Source: Azolla caroliniana (lineage: Eukaryota; Plantae; Polypodiophyta). From it: a stretch of DNA of 64,000 nucleotides. The translations under genes were made by a program, and so were the position numbers. Each line of letters begins with the position of its first letter. The stretch's first letter is position 1. This document shows positions 36,506-48,437 of this stretch, piece after piece. Location: NCBI GenBank assembly GCA_043228905.1, contig JBHGNT010000014.1:3472001-3536000 (forward strand), written 5' to 3'. The notes under the pieces were generated by a model, which had not been told where the DNA came from, made no database searches, and saw only the letters and a list, made by a program, of their open reading frames with translations.

Positions 36506-36976
36506 TTTTTGCTTCGAGTCGTGTTCTTTTCGTGCACAGTACAGGGATGGGTGACCACCCGGGAAGTCCTGGGCACGGGTTGCGTTCTTTTCCCGCCGGA
36601 GCCGTTCCCGTGCGCGTGGGCCTCTTGGCATTCGTAGAGGCGGACGAGAGCATAGGATGGGTGACGCGTAATGGGGGGCATTGTCATTCGGTGTGGGTTG
36701 AGAGTGTCATCCGTATCAACGAGAGGGCGTAAGAGGCTTTATGGGGTGGGCATGAGTGGCGAGGTTCGAATCCGGGCAGGGGATATATATATGTATATAT
36801 ATATATACATGTAGTCTTTCTCTAGGATCCAAAGCCTTAGCCTTAGCCTTCGCCGGCGCCCGTCGCGCGTGCGGTTGGGACGGTGACGTGGTGGGTCCCT
36901 CGATCTTAGTTGTCCTCGTAGAGCATTTTTGTGTAGGTTGGCATAGCATTAGTACCTCGGAACGCAGGGCACTGTC

Positions 36977-37095
36977 GTGGTGCGGTCATACCAGCGCTAA
37001 TACACCGGATCCCATCAGAACTCCGCAGTTAAGCGCGCTTGGGCCAGAACAGTACTGGGATGGGTGACCTCCCGGGAAGTCCTGGTGCTGCACCC
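36977..37095 (+). rRNA. 5S rRNA (unit 64)
   Basis: Consensus copy. Confidence 0.97.
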
Positions 37096-37372
37096 TTTTT
37101 GCTTCGAGTCGTGTTCTTTTCGTGCACAGTACAGGGATGGGTGACCACCCGGGAAGTCCTGGGCACGGGTTGCGTTCTTTTCCCGCCGGAGCCGTTCCCG
37201 TGCGCGTGGGCCTCTTGGCATTCGTAGAGGCGGACGAGAGCATAGGATGGGTGACGCGTAATGGGGGGCATTGTCATTCGGTGTGGGTTGAGAGTGTCAT
37301 CCGTATCAACGAGAGGGCGTAAGAGGCTTTATGGGGTGGGCATGAGTGGCGAGGTTCGAATCCGGGCAGGGG

Positions 37373-37403
<31 letters not shown>

Positions 37404-37566
37404 GTCTTTCTCTAGGATCCAAAGCCTTAGCCTTAGCCTTCGCCGGCGCCCGTCGCGCGTGCGGTTGGGACGGTGACGTGGTGGGTCCCTCGATCTTAGT
37501 TGTCCTCGTAGAGCATTTTTGTGTAGGTTGGCATAGCATTAGTACCTCGGAACGCAGGGCACTGTC

Positions 37567-37685
37567 GTGGTGCGGTCATACCAGCGCTAATACACCGGAT
37601 CCCATCAGAACTCCGCAGGTAAGCGCGCTTGGGCCAGAACAGTACTGGGATGGGTGACCTCCCGGGAAGTCCTGGTGCTGCACCC
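37567..37685 (+). rRNA. 5S rRNA (unit 65)
   Basis: T+53G in Box A. Confidence 0.9.
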
Positions 37686-37962
37686 TTTTTGCTTCGAGTC
37701 GTGTTCTTTTCGTGCACAGTACAGGGATGGGTGACCACCCGGGAAGTCCTGGGCACGGGTTGCGTTCTTTTCCCGCCGGAGCCGTTCCCGTGCGCGTGGG
37801 CCTCTTGGCATTCGTAGAGGCGGACGAGAGCATAGGATGGGTGACGCGTAATGGGGGGCATTGTCATTCGGTGTGGGTTGAGAGTGTCATCCGTATCAAC
37901 GAGAGGGCGTAAGAGGCTTTATGGGGTGGGCATGAGTGGCGAGGTTCGAATCCGGGCAGGGG

Positions 37963-37993
<31 letters not shown>

Positions 37994-38156
37994 GTCTTTC
38001 TCTAGGATCCAAAGCCTTAGCCTTAGCCTTCGCCGGCGCCCGTCGCGCGTGCGGTTGGGACGGTGACGTGGTGGGTCCCTCGATCTTAGTTGTCCTCGTA
38101 GAGCATTTTTGTGTAGGTTGGCATAGCATTAGTACCTCGGAACGCAGGGCACTGTC

Positions 38157-38275
38157 GTGGTGCGGTCATACCAGCGCTAATACACCGGATCCCATCAGAA
38201 CTCCGCAGTTAAGCGCGCTTGGGCCAGAACAGTACTGGGATGGGTGACCTCCCGGGAAGTCCTGGTGCTGCACCC
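38157..38275 (+). rRNA. 5S rRNA (unit 66)
   Basis: Consensus copy. Confidence 0.97.
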
Positions 38276-38736
38276 TTTTTGCTTCGAGTCGTGTTCTTTT
38301 CGTGCACAGTACAGGGATGGGTGACCACCCGGGAAGTCCTGGGCACGGGTTGCGTTCTTTTCCCGCCGGAGCCGTTCCCGTGCGCGTGGGCCTCTTGGCA
38401 TTCGTAGAGGCGGACGAGAGCATAGGATGGGTGACGCGTAATGGGGGGCATTGTCATTCGGTGTGGGTTGAGAGTGTCATCCGTATCAACGAGAGGGCGT
38501 AAGAGGCTTTATGGGGTGGGCATGAGTGGCGAGGTTCGAATCCGGGCAGGGGATATATATATATATACATGTAGTCTTTCTCTAGGATCCAAAGCCTTAG
38601 CCTTAGCCTTCGCCGGCGCCCGTCGCGCGTGCGGTTGGGACGGTGACGTGGTGGGTCCCTCGATCTTAGTTGTCCTCGTAGAGCATTTTTGTGTAGGTTG
38701 GCATAGCATTAGTACCTCGGAACGCAGGGCACTGTC

Positions 38737-38855
38737 GTGGTGCGGTCATACCAGCGCTAATACACCGGATCCCATCAGAACTCCGCAGTTAAGCGCGCTT
38801 GGGCCAGAACAGTACTGGGATGGGTGACCTCCCGGGAAGTCCTGGTGCTGCACCC
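38737..38855 (+). rRNA. 5S rRNA (unit 67)
   Basis: Consensus copy. Confidence 0.97.
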
Positions 38856-39134
38856 TTTTTGCTTCGAGTCGTGTTCTTTTCGTGCACAGTACAGGGATGG
38901 GTGACCACCCGGGAAGTCCTGGGCACGGGTTGCGTTCTTTTCCCGCCGGAGCCGTTCCCGTGCGCGTGGGCCTCTTGGCATTCGTAGAGGCGGACGAGAG
39001 CATAGGATGGGTGACGCGTAATGGGGGGCATTGTCATTCGGTGTGGGTTGAGAGTGTCATCCGTATCAACGAGAGGGCGTAAGAGGCTTTATGGGGTGGG
39101 CATGAGTGGCGAGGTTCGAATCCGGGCAGGGGAT

Positions 39135-39165
<31 letters not shown>

Positions 39166-39328
39166 GTCTTTCTCTAGGATCCAAAGCCTTAGCCTTAGCC
39201 TTCGCCGGCGCCCGTCGCGCGTGCGGTTGGGACGGTGACGTGGTGGGTCCCTCGATCTTAGTTGTCCTCGTAGAGCATTTTTGTGTAGGTTGGCATAGCA
39301 TTAGTACCTCGGAACGCAGGGCACTGTC

Positions 39329-39447
39329 GTGGTGCGGTCATACCAGCGCTAATACACCGGATCCCATCAGAACTCCGCAGTTAAGCGCGCTTGGGCCAGA
39401 ACAGTACTGGGATGGGTGACCTCCCGGGAAGTCCTGGTGCTGCACCC
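39329..39447 (+). rRNA. 5S rRNA (unit 68)
   Basis: Consensus copy. Confidence 0.97.
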
Positions 39448-39721
39448 TTTTTGCTTCGAGTCGTGTTCTTTTCGTGCACAGTACAGGGATGGGTGACCAC
39501 CCGGGAAGTCCTGGGCACGGGTTGCGTTCTTTTCCCGCCGGAGCCGTTCCCGTGCGCGTGGGCCTCTTGGCATTCGTAGAGGCGGACGAGAGCATAGGAT
39601 GGGTGACGCGTAATGGGGGGCATTGTCATTCGGTGTGGGTTGAGAGTGTCATCCGTATCAACGAGAGGGCGTAAGAGGCTTTATGGGGTGGGCATGAGTG
39701 GCGAGGTTCGAATCCGGGCAG

Positions 39722-39759
<38 letters not shown>

Positions 39760-39922
39760 GTCTTTCTCTAGGATCCAAAGCCTTAGCCTTAGCCTTCGCC
39801 GGCGCCCGTCGCGCGTGCGGTTGGGACGGTGACGTGGTGGGTCCCTCGATCTTAGTTGTCCTCGTAGAGCATTTTTGTGTAGGTTGGCATAGCATTAGTA
39901 CCTCGGAACGCAGGGCACTGTC

Positions 39923-40041
39923 GTGGTGCGGTCATACCAGCGCTAATACACCGGATCCCATCAGAACTCCGCAGTTAAGCGCGCTTGGGCCAGAACAGTA
40001 CTGGGATGGGTGACCTCCCGGGAAGTCCTGGTGCTGCACCC
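39923..40041 (+). rRNA. 5S rRNA (unit 69)
   Basis: Consensus copy. Confidence 0.97.
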
Positions 40042-40321
40042 TTTTTGCTTCGAGTCGTGTTCTTTTCGTGCACAGTACAGGGATGGGTGACCACCCGGGA
40101 AGTCCTGGGCACGGGTTGCGTTCTTTTCCCGCCGGAGCCGTTCCCGTGCGCGTGGGCCTCTTGGCATTCGTAGAGGCGGACGAGAGCATAGGATGGGTGA
40201 CGCGTAATGGGGGGCATTGTCATTCGGTGTGGGTTGAGAGTGTCATCCGTATCAACGAGAGGGCGTAAGAGGCTTTATGGGGTGGGCATGAGTGGCGAGG
40301 TTCGAATCCGGGCAGGGGGAT

Positions 40322-40352
<31 letters not shown>

Positions 40353-40515
40353 GTCTTTCTCTAGGATCCAAAGCCTTAGCCTTAGCCTTCGCCGGCGCCC
40401 GTCGCGCGTGCGGTTGGGACGGTGACGTGGTGGGTCCCTCGATCTTAGTTGTCCTCGTAGAGCATTTTTGTGTAGGTTGGCATAGCATTAGTACCTCGGA
40501 ACGCAGGGCACTGTC

Positions 40516-40634
40516 GTGGTGCGGTCATACCAGCGCTAATACACCGGATCCCATCAGAACTCCGCAGTTAAGCGCGCTTGGGCCAGAACAGTACTGGGAT
40601 GGGTGACCTCCCGGGAAGTCCTGGTGCTGCACCC
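40516..40634 (+). rRNA. 5S rRNA (unit 70)
   Basis: Consensus copy. Confidence 0.97.
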
Positions 40635-40913
40635 TTTTTGCTTCGAGTCGTGTTCTTTTCGTGCACAGTACAGGGATGGGTGACCACCCGGGAAGTCCTG
40701 GGCACGGGTTGCGTTCTTTTCCCGCCGGAGCCGTTCCCGTGCGCGTGGGCCTCTTGGCATTCGTAGAGGCGGACGAGAGCATAGGATGGGTGACGCGTAA
40801 TGGGGGGCATTGTCATTCGGTGTGGGTTGAGAGTGTCATCCGTATCAACGAGAGGGCGTAAGAGGCTTTATGGGGTGGGCATGAGTGGCGAGGTTCGAAT
40901 CCGGGCAGGGGAT

Positions 40914-40944
<31 letters not shown>

Positions 40945-41107
40945 GTCTTTCTCTAGGATCCAAAGCCTTAGCCTTAGCCTTCGCCGGCGCCCGTCGCGCG
41001 TGCGGTTGGGACGGTGACGTGGTGGGTCCCTCGATCTTAGTTGTCCTCGTAGAGCATTTTTGTGTAGGTTGGCATAGCATTAGTACCTCGGAACGCAGGG
41101 CATTGTC

Positions 41108-41226
41108 GTAGTGCGGTCATACCAGCGCTAATACACCGGATCCCATCAGAACTCCGCAGTTAAGCGCGCTTGGGCCAGAACATTACTGGGATGGGTGACC
41201 TCCCGGGAAGTCCTGGTGCTGCACCC
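41108..41226 (+). rRNA. 5S rRNA variant (unit 71)
   Basis: G+3A and G+76T (loop E). Confidence 0.85.
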
Positions 41227-41524
41227 TTTTTGCTTCGAGTCGTGTTCTTTTCGTGCACAGTACAGGGATGGGTGACCACCCGGGAAGTCCTGGGCACGGG
41301 TTGCGTTCTTTTCCCGCCGGAGCCGTTCCCGTGCGCGTGGGCCTCTTGGCATTCGTAGAGGCGGGCGAAGTCCTGGTGCTGCACCCTTTTTGCTTCGAGT
41401 CGTGTTCTTTTCGTGCACAGTACAGGGATGGGTGACCACCCGGGAAGTCCTGGGCACGGGTTGCGTTCTTTTCCCGCCGGAGCCGTTCCCGTGCGCGTGG
41501 GCCTCTTGGCATTCGTAGAGGCGG
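41207..41524 (+). repeat. 160-bp tandem duplication of gene 3' end, terminator and proximal spacer
   Basis: GAAGTCCTGGTGCTG starts at 41207 and again at 41367; unit is 754 bp. Confidence 0.93.
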
Positions 41525-41660
41525 ACGAGAGCATAGGATGGGTGACGCGTAATGGGGGGCATTGTCATTCGGTGTGGGTTGAGAGTGTCATCCGTATCAA
41601 CGAGAGGGCGTAAGAGGCTTTATGGGGTGGGCATGAGTGGCGAGGTTCGAATCCGGGCAG

Positions 41661-41698
<38 letters not shown>

Positions 41699-41861
41699 GT
41701 CTTTCTCTAGGATCCAAAGCCTTAGCCTTAGCCTTCGCCGGCGCCCGTCGCGCGTGCGGTTGGGACGGTGACGTGGTGGGTCCCTCGATCTTAGTTGTCC
41801 TCGTAGAGCATTTTTGTGTAGGTTGGCATAGCATTAGTACCTCGGAACGCAGGGCACTGTC

Positions 41862-41980
41862 GTGGTGCGGTCATACCAGCGCTAATACACCGGATCCCAT
41901 CAGAACTCCGCAGTTAAGCGCGCTTGGGCCAGAACAGTACTGGGATGGGTGACCTCCCGGGAAGTCCTGGTGCTGCACCC
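41862..41980 (+). rRNA. 5S rRNA (unit 72)
   Basis: Consensus copy. Confidence 0.97.
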
Positions 41981-42233
41981 TTTTTGCTTCGAGTCGTGTT
42001 CTTTTCGTGCACAGTACAGGGATGGGTGACCACCCGGGAAGTCCTGGGCACGGGTTGCGTTCTTTTCCCGCCGGAGCCGTTCCCGTGCGCGTGGGCCTCT
42101 TGGCATTCGTAGAGGCGGACGAGAGCATAGGATGGGTGACGCGTAATGGGGGGCATTGTCATTCGGTGTGGGTTGAGAGTGTCATCCGTATCAACGAGAG
42201 GGCGATGGCGAGGTTCGAATCCGGGCAGGGGAT

Positions 42234-42264
<31 letters not shown>

Positions 42265-42428
42265 GTCTTTCTCTAGGATCCAAAGCCTTAGCCTTAGCCT
42301 TCGCCGGCGCCCGTCGCGCGTGCGGTTGGGACGGTGACGTGGTGGGTCCCTCGATCTTAGTTGTCCTCGTAGAGCATTTTTGTGTAGGTTGGCATAGCAT
42401 TAGTACCCTCGGAACGCAGGGCACTGTC

Positions 42429-42546
42429 GTGGTGCGGTCATACCAGCGCTAATACACCGGATCCCATCAGAACTCCGCAGTTAAGCGCGCTTGGGCCAGA
42501 ACAGCACTGGGATGGGTGACCTCCCGGAAGTCCTGGTGCTGCACCC
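42429..42546 (+). rRNA. 5S rRNA variant (unit 73)
   Basis: T+77C and a 1-bp G deletion (possibly a consensus error). Confidence 0.85.
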
Positions 42547-43019
42547 TTTTTGCTTCGAGTCGTGTTCTTTTCGTGCACAGTACAGGGATGGGTGACCACC
42601 CGGGAAGTCCTGGGCACGGGTTGCGTTCTTTCCCGCCGGAGCCGTTCCCGTGCGCGTGGGCCTCTTGGCATTCGTAGAGGCGGACGAGAGCATAGGATGG
42701 GTGACGCGTAATGGGGGGCATTGTCATTCGGTGTGGGTTGAGAGTGTCATCCGTATCAACGAGAGGGCGTAAGAGGCTTTATGGGGTGGGCATGAGTGGC
42801 GAGGTTCGAATCCGGGCAGGGGATATATATATATATATATATATATATAACATGTAGTCTTTCTCTAGGATCCAAAGCCTTAGCCTTAGCCTTCGCCGGC
42901 GCCCGTCGCGCGTGCGGTTGGGACGGTGACGTGGTGGGTCCCTCGATCTTAGTTGTCCTCGTAGAGCATTTTTGTGTAGGTTGGCATAGCATTAGTACCT
43001 CGGAACGCAGGGCACTGTC

Positions 43020-43138
43020 GTGGTGCGGTCATACCAGCGCTAATACACCGGATCCCATCAGAACTCCGCAGTTAAGCGCGCTTGGGCCAGAACAGTACTG
43101 GGATGGGTGACCTCCCGGGAAGTCCTGGTGCTGCACCC
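43020..43138 (+). rRNA. 5S rRNA (unit 74)
   Basis: Consensus copy. Confidence 0.97.
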
Positions 43139-43412
43139 TTTTTGCTTCGAGTCGTGTTCTTTTCGTGCACAGTACAGGGATGGGTGACCACCCGGGAAGT
43201 CCTGGGCACGGGTTGCGTTCTTTTCCCGCCGGAGCCGTTCCCGTGCGCGTGGGCCTCTTGGCATTCGTAGAGGCGGACGAGAGCATAGGATGGGTGACGC
43301 GTAATGGGGGGCATTGTCATTCGGTGTGGGTTGAGAGTGTCATCCGTATCAACGAGAGGGCGTAAGAGGCTTTATGGGGGTGGGCATGAGTGCGAGGTTC
43401 GAATCCGGGCAG

Positions 43413-43450
<38 letters not shown>

Positions 43451-43613
43451 GTCTTTCTCTAGGATCCAAAGCCTTAGCCTTAGCCTTCGCCGGCGCCCGT
43501 CGCGCGTGCGGTTGGGACGGTGACGTGGTGGGTCCCTCGATCTTAGTTGTCCTCGTAGAGCATTTTTGTGTAGGTTGGCATAGCATTAGTACCTCGGAAC
43601 GCAGGGCACTGTC

Positions 43614-43732
43614 GTGGTGCGGTCATACCAGCGCTAATACACCGGATCCCATCAGAACTCCGCAGTTAAGCGCGCTTGGGCCAGAACAGTACTGGGATGG
43701 GTGACCTCCCGGGAAGTCCTGGTGCTGCACCC
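43614..43732 (+). rRNA. 5S rRNA (unit 75)
   Basis: Consensus copy. Confidence 0.97.
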
Positions 43733-44012
43733 TTTTTGCTTCGAGTCGTGTTCTTTTCGTGCACAGTACAGGGATGGGTGACCACCCGGGAAGTCCTGGG
43801 CACGGGTTGCGTTCTTTTCCCGCCGGAGCCGTTCCCGTGCGCGTGGGCCTCTTGGCATTCGTAGAGGCGGACGAGAGCATAGGATGGGTGACGCGTAATG
43901 GGGGGGCATTGTCATTCGGTGTGGGTTGAGAGTGTCATCCGTATCAACGAGAGGGCGTAAGAGGCTTTATGGGGTGGGCATGAGTGGCGAGGTTCGAATC
44001 CGGGCAGGGGAT

Positions 44013-44043
<31 letters not shown>

Positions 44044-44206
44044 GTCTTTCTCTAGGATCCAAAGCCTTAGCCTTAGCCTTCGCCGGCGCCCGTCGCGCGT
44101 GCGGTTGGGACGGTGACGTGGTGGGTCCCTCGATCTTAGTTGTCCTCGTAGAGCATTTTTGTGTAGGTTGGCATAGCATTAGTACCTCGGAACGCAGGGC
44201 ACTGTC

Positions 44207-44325
44207 GTGGTGCGGTCATACCAGCGCTAATACACCGGATCCCATCAGAACTCCGCAGTTAAGCGCGCTTGGGCCAGAACAGTACTGGGATGGGTGACCT
44301 CCCGGGAAGTCCTGGTGCTGCACCC
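44207..44325 (+). rRNA. 5S rRNA (unit 76)
   Basis: Consensus copy. Confidence 0.97.
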
Positions 44326-44599
44326 TTTTTGCTTCGAGTCGTGTTCTTTTCGTGCACAGTACAGGGATGGGTGACCACCCGGGAAGTCCTGGGCACGGGT
44401 TGCGTTCTTTTCCCGCCGGAGCCGTTCCCGTGCGCGTGGGCCTCTTGGCATTCGTAGAGGCGGACGAGAGCATAGGATGGGTGACGCGTAATGGGGGGCA
44501 TTGTCATTCGGTGTGGGTTGAGAGTGTCATCCGTATCAACGAGAGGGCGTAAGAGGCTTTATGGGGTGGGCATGAGTGGCGAGGTTCGAATCCGGGCAG

Positions 44600-44637
<38 letters not shown>

Positions 44638-44799
44638 GTCTTTCTCTAGGATCCAAAGCCTTAGCCTTAGCCTTCGCCGGCGCCCGTCGCGCGTGCGGTT
44701 GGACGGTGACGTGGTGGGTCCCTCGATCTTAGTTGTCCTCGTAGAGCATTTTTGTGTAGGTTGGCATAGCATTAGTACCTCGGAACGCAGGGCACTGTC

Positions 44800-44918
44800 G
44801 TGGTGCGGTCATACCAGCGCTAATACACCGGATCCCATCAGAACTCCGAAGTTAAGCGCGCTTGGGCCAGAACAGTACTGGGATGGGTGACCTCCCGGGA
44901 AGTCCTGGTGCTGCACCC
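44800..44918 (+). rRNA. 5S rRNA (unit 77)
   Basis: C+50A. Confidence 0.93.
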
Positions 44919-45195
44919 TTTTTGCTTCGAGTCGTGTTCTTTTCGTGCACAGTACAAGGGATGGGTGACCACCCGGAAGTCCTGGGCACGGGTTGCGTTC
45001 TTTTCCCGCCGGAGCCGTTCCGTGCGCGTGGGCCTCTTGGCATTCGTAGAGGCGGACGAGAGCATAGGATGGGTGACGCGTAATGGGGGGGCATTGTCAT
45101 TCGGTGTGGGTTGAGAGTGTCATCCGTATCAACGAGAGGGCGTAAGAGGCTTTATGGGGTGGGCATGAGTGGCGAGGTTCGAATCCGGGCAGGGG

Positions 45196-45226
<31 letters not shown>

Positions 45227-45388
45227 GTCTTTCTCTAGGATCCAAAGCCTTAGCCTTAGCCTTCGCCGGCGCCCGTCGCGCGTGCGGTTGGGACGGTGAC
45301 GTGGTGGTCCCTCGATCTTAGTTGTCCTCGTAGAGCATTTTTGTGTAGGTTGGCATAGCATTAGTACCTCGGAACGCAGGGCACTGTC

Positions 45389-45507
45389 GTGGTGCGGTCA
45401 TACCAGCGCTAATACACCGGATCCCATCAGAACTCCGCAGTTAAGCGCGCTTGGGCCAGAACAGTACTGGGATGGGTGACCTCCCGGGAAGTCTTGGTGC
45501 TGCACCC
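45389..45507 (+). rRNA. 5S rRNA (unit 78)
   Basis: C+106T. Confidence 0.93.
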
Positions 45508-45785
45508 TTTTTGCTTCGAGTCGTGTTCTTTTCGTGCACAGTACAGGGATGGGTGACCACCCGGGAAGTCCTGGGCACGGGTTGCGTTCTTTTCCCGCCG
45601 GAGCCGTTCCCGTGCGCGTGGGCCTCTTGGCATTCGTAGAGGCGGACGAGAGCATAGGATGGGTGACGCGTAATGGGGGGCATTGTCATTCGGTGTGGGT
45701 TGAGAGTGTCATCCGTATCAACGAGAGGGCGTAGAGGCTTTATGGGGTGGGCATGAGTGGCGAGGTTCGAATCCGGGCAGGGGAT

Positions 45786-45816
<31 letters not shown>

Positions 45817-45979
45817 GTCTTTCTCTAGGATCCAAAGCCTTAGCCTTAGCCTTCGCCGGCGCCCGTCGCGCGTGCGGTTGGGACGGTGACGTGGTGGGTC
45901 CCTCGATCTTAGTTGTCCTCGTAGAGCATTTTTGTGTAGGTTGGCATAGCATTAGTACCTCGGAACGCAGGGCACTGTC

Positions 45980-46098
45980 GTGGTGCGGTCATACCAGCGC
46001 TAATACACCGGATCCCATCAGAACTCCGCAGTTAAGCGCGCTTGGGCCAGAACAGTACTGGGATGGGTGACCTCCCGGGAAGTCCTGGTGCTGCACCC
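45980..46098 (+). rRNA. 5S rRNA (unit 79)
   Basis: Consensus copy. Confidence 0.97.
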
Positions 46099-46376
46099 TT
46101 TTTGCTTCGAGTCGTGTTCTTTTCGTGCACAGTACAGGGATGGGTGACCACCCGGGAAGTCCTGGGCACGGGTTGCGTCTTTTCCCGCCGGAGCCGTTCC
46201 CGTGCGCGTGGGCCTCTTGGCATTCGTAGAGGCGGACGAGAGCATAGGATGGGTGACGCGTAATGGGGGGCATTGTCATTCGGTGTGGGTTGAGAGTGTC
46301 ATCCGTATCAACGAGAGGGCGTAAGAGGCTTTATGGGGTGGGCATGAGTGGCGAGGTTCGAATCCGGGCAGGGGAT

Positions 46377-46407
<31 letters not shown>

Positions 46408-46570
46408 GTCTTTCTCTAGGATCCAAAGCCTTAGCCTTAGCCTTCGCCGGCGCCCGTCGCGCGTGCGGTTGGGACGGTGACGTGGTGGGTCCCTCGATCT
46501 TAGTTGTCCTCGTAGAGCATTTTTGTGTAGGTTGGCATAGCATTAGTACCTCGGAACGCAGGGCACTGTC

Positions 46571-46663
46571 GTGGTGATCCCATCAGAACTCCGCAGTTAA
46601 GCGCGCTTGGGCCAGAACAGTACTGGGATGGGTGACCTCCCGGGAAGTCCTGGTGCTGCACCC
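46571..46663 (+). pseudogene. 5S pseudogene (unit 80), 26-bp internal deletion
   Basis: GTGGTG|ATCCCATC; +7..+32 missing, internal control region intact. Confidence 0.92.
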
Positions 46664-46942
46664 TTTTTGCTTCGAGTCGTGTTCTTTTCGTGCACAGTAC
46701 AGGGATGGGTGACCACCCGGGAAGTCCTGGGCACGGGTTGCGTTCTTTTCCCGCCGGAGCCGTTCCCGTGCGCGTGGGCCTCTTGGCATTCGTAGAGGCG
46801 GACGAGAGCATAGGATGGGTGACGCGTAATGGGGGGCATTGTCATTCGGTGTGGGTTGAGAGTGTCATCCGTATCAACGAGAGGGCGTAAGAGGCTTTAT
46901 GGGGTGGGCATGAGTGGCGAGGTTCGAATCCGGGCAGGGGAT

Positions 46943-46973
<31 letters not shown>

Positions 46974-47136
46974 GTCTTTCTCTAGGATCCAAAGCCTTAG
47001 CCTTAGCCTTCGCCGGCGCCCGTCGCGCGTGCGGTTGGGACGGTGACGTGGTGGGTCCCTCGATCTTAGTTGTCCTCGTAGAGCATTTTTGTGTAGGTTG
47101 GCATAGCATTAGTACCTCGGAACGCAGGGCATTGTC

Positions 47137-47255
47137 GTGGTGCGGTCATACCAGCGCTAATACACCGGATCCCATCAGAACTCCGCAGTTAAGCGCGCTT
47201 GGGCCAGAACAGTACTGGTATGGGTGACCTCCCGGGAAGTCCTGGTGCTGCACCC
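47137..47255 (+). rRNA. 5S rRNA variant (unit 81)
   Basis: G+83T in Box C. Confidence 0.88.
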
Positions 47256-47532
47256 TTTTTGCTTCGAGTCGTGTTCTTTTCGTGCACAGTACAGGGATGG
47301 GTGACCACCCGGGAAGTCCTGGGCACGGGTTGCGTTCTTTTCCCGCCGGAGCCGTTCCCGTGCGCGTGGGCCTCTTGGCATTCGTAGAGGCGGACGAGAG
47401 CATAGGATGGGTGACGCGTAATGGGGGGCATTGTCATTCGGTGTGGGTTGAGAGTGTCATCCGTATCAACGAGAGGGCGTAAGAGGCTTTATGGGGTGGG
47501 CATGAGTGGCGAGGTTCGAATCCGGGCAGGGG

Positions 47533-47563
<31 letters not shown>

Positions 47564-47726
47564 GTCTTTCTCTAGGATCCAAAGCCTTAGCCTTAGCCTT
47601 CGCCGGCGCCCGTCGCGCGTGCGGTTGGGACGGTGACGTGGTGGGTCCCTCGATCTTAGTTGTCCTCGTAGAGCATTTTTGTGTAGGTTGGCATAGCATT
47701 AGTACCTCGGAACGCAGGGCACTGTC

Positions 47727-47845
47727 GTGGTGCGGTCATACCAGCGCTAATACACCGGATCCCATCAGAACTCCGCAGTTAAGCGCGCTTGGGCCAGAAC
47801 AGTACTGGGATGGGTGACCTCCCGGGAAGTCCTGGTGCTGCACCC
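47727..47845 (+). rRNA. 5S rRNA (unit 82)
   Basis: Consensus copy. Confidence 0.97.
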
Positions 47846-48124
47846 TTTTTGCTTCGAGTCGTGTTCTTTTCGTGCACAGTACAGGGATGGGTGACCACCC
47901 GGGAAGTCCTGGGCACGGGTTGCGTTCTTTTCCCGCCGGAGCCGTTCCCGTGCGCGTGGGCCTCTTGGCATTCGTAGAGGCGGACGAGAGCATAGGATGG
48001 GTGACGCGTAATGGGGGGCATTGTCATTCGGTGTGGGTTGAGAGTGTCATCCGTATCAACGAGAGGGCGTAAGAGGCTTTATGGGGTGGGCATGAGTGGC
48101 GAGGTTCGAATCCGGGCAGGGGAT

Positions 48125-48155
<31 letters not shown>

Positions 48156-48318
48156 GTCTTTCTCTAGGATCCAAAGCCTTAGCCTTAGCCTTCGCCGGCG
48201 CCCGTCGCGCGTGCGGTTGGGACGGTGACGTGGTGGGTCCCTCGATCTTAGTTGTCCTCGTAGAGCATTTTTGTGTAGGTTGGCATAGCATTAGTACCTC
48301 GGAACGCAGGGCACTGTC

Positions 48319-48437
48319 GTGGTGCGGTCATACCAGCGCTAATACACCGGATCCCATCAGAACTCCGCAGTTAAGCGCGCTTGGGCCAGAACAGTACTGG
48401 GATGGGTGACCTCCCGGGAAGTCCTGGTGCTGCACCC
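48319..48437 (+). rRNA. 5S rRNA (unit 83)
   Basis: Consensus copy. Confidence 0.97.

Noticed and set aside
14525-38570. Regular code or periodicity in the 580/590-bp unit order
   Set aside because: By eye the order is irregular, with no stable period.
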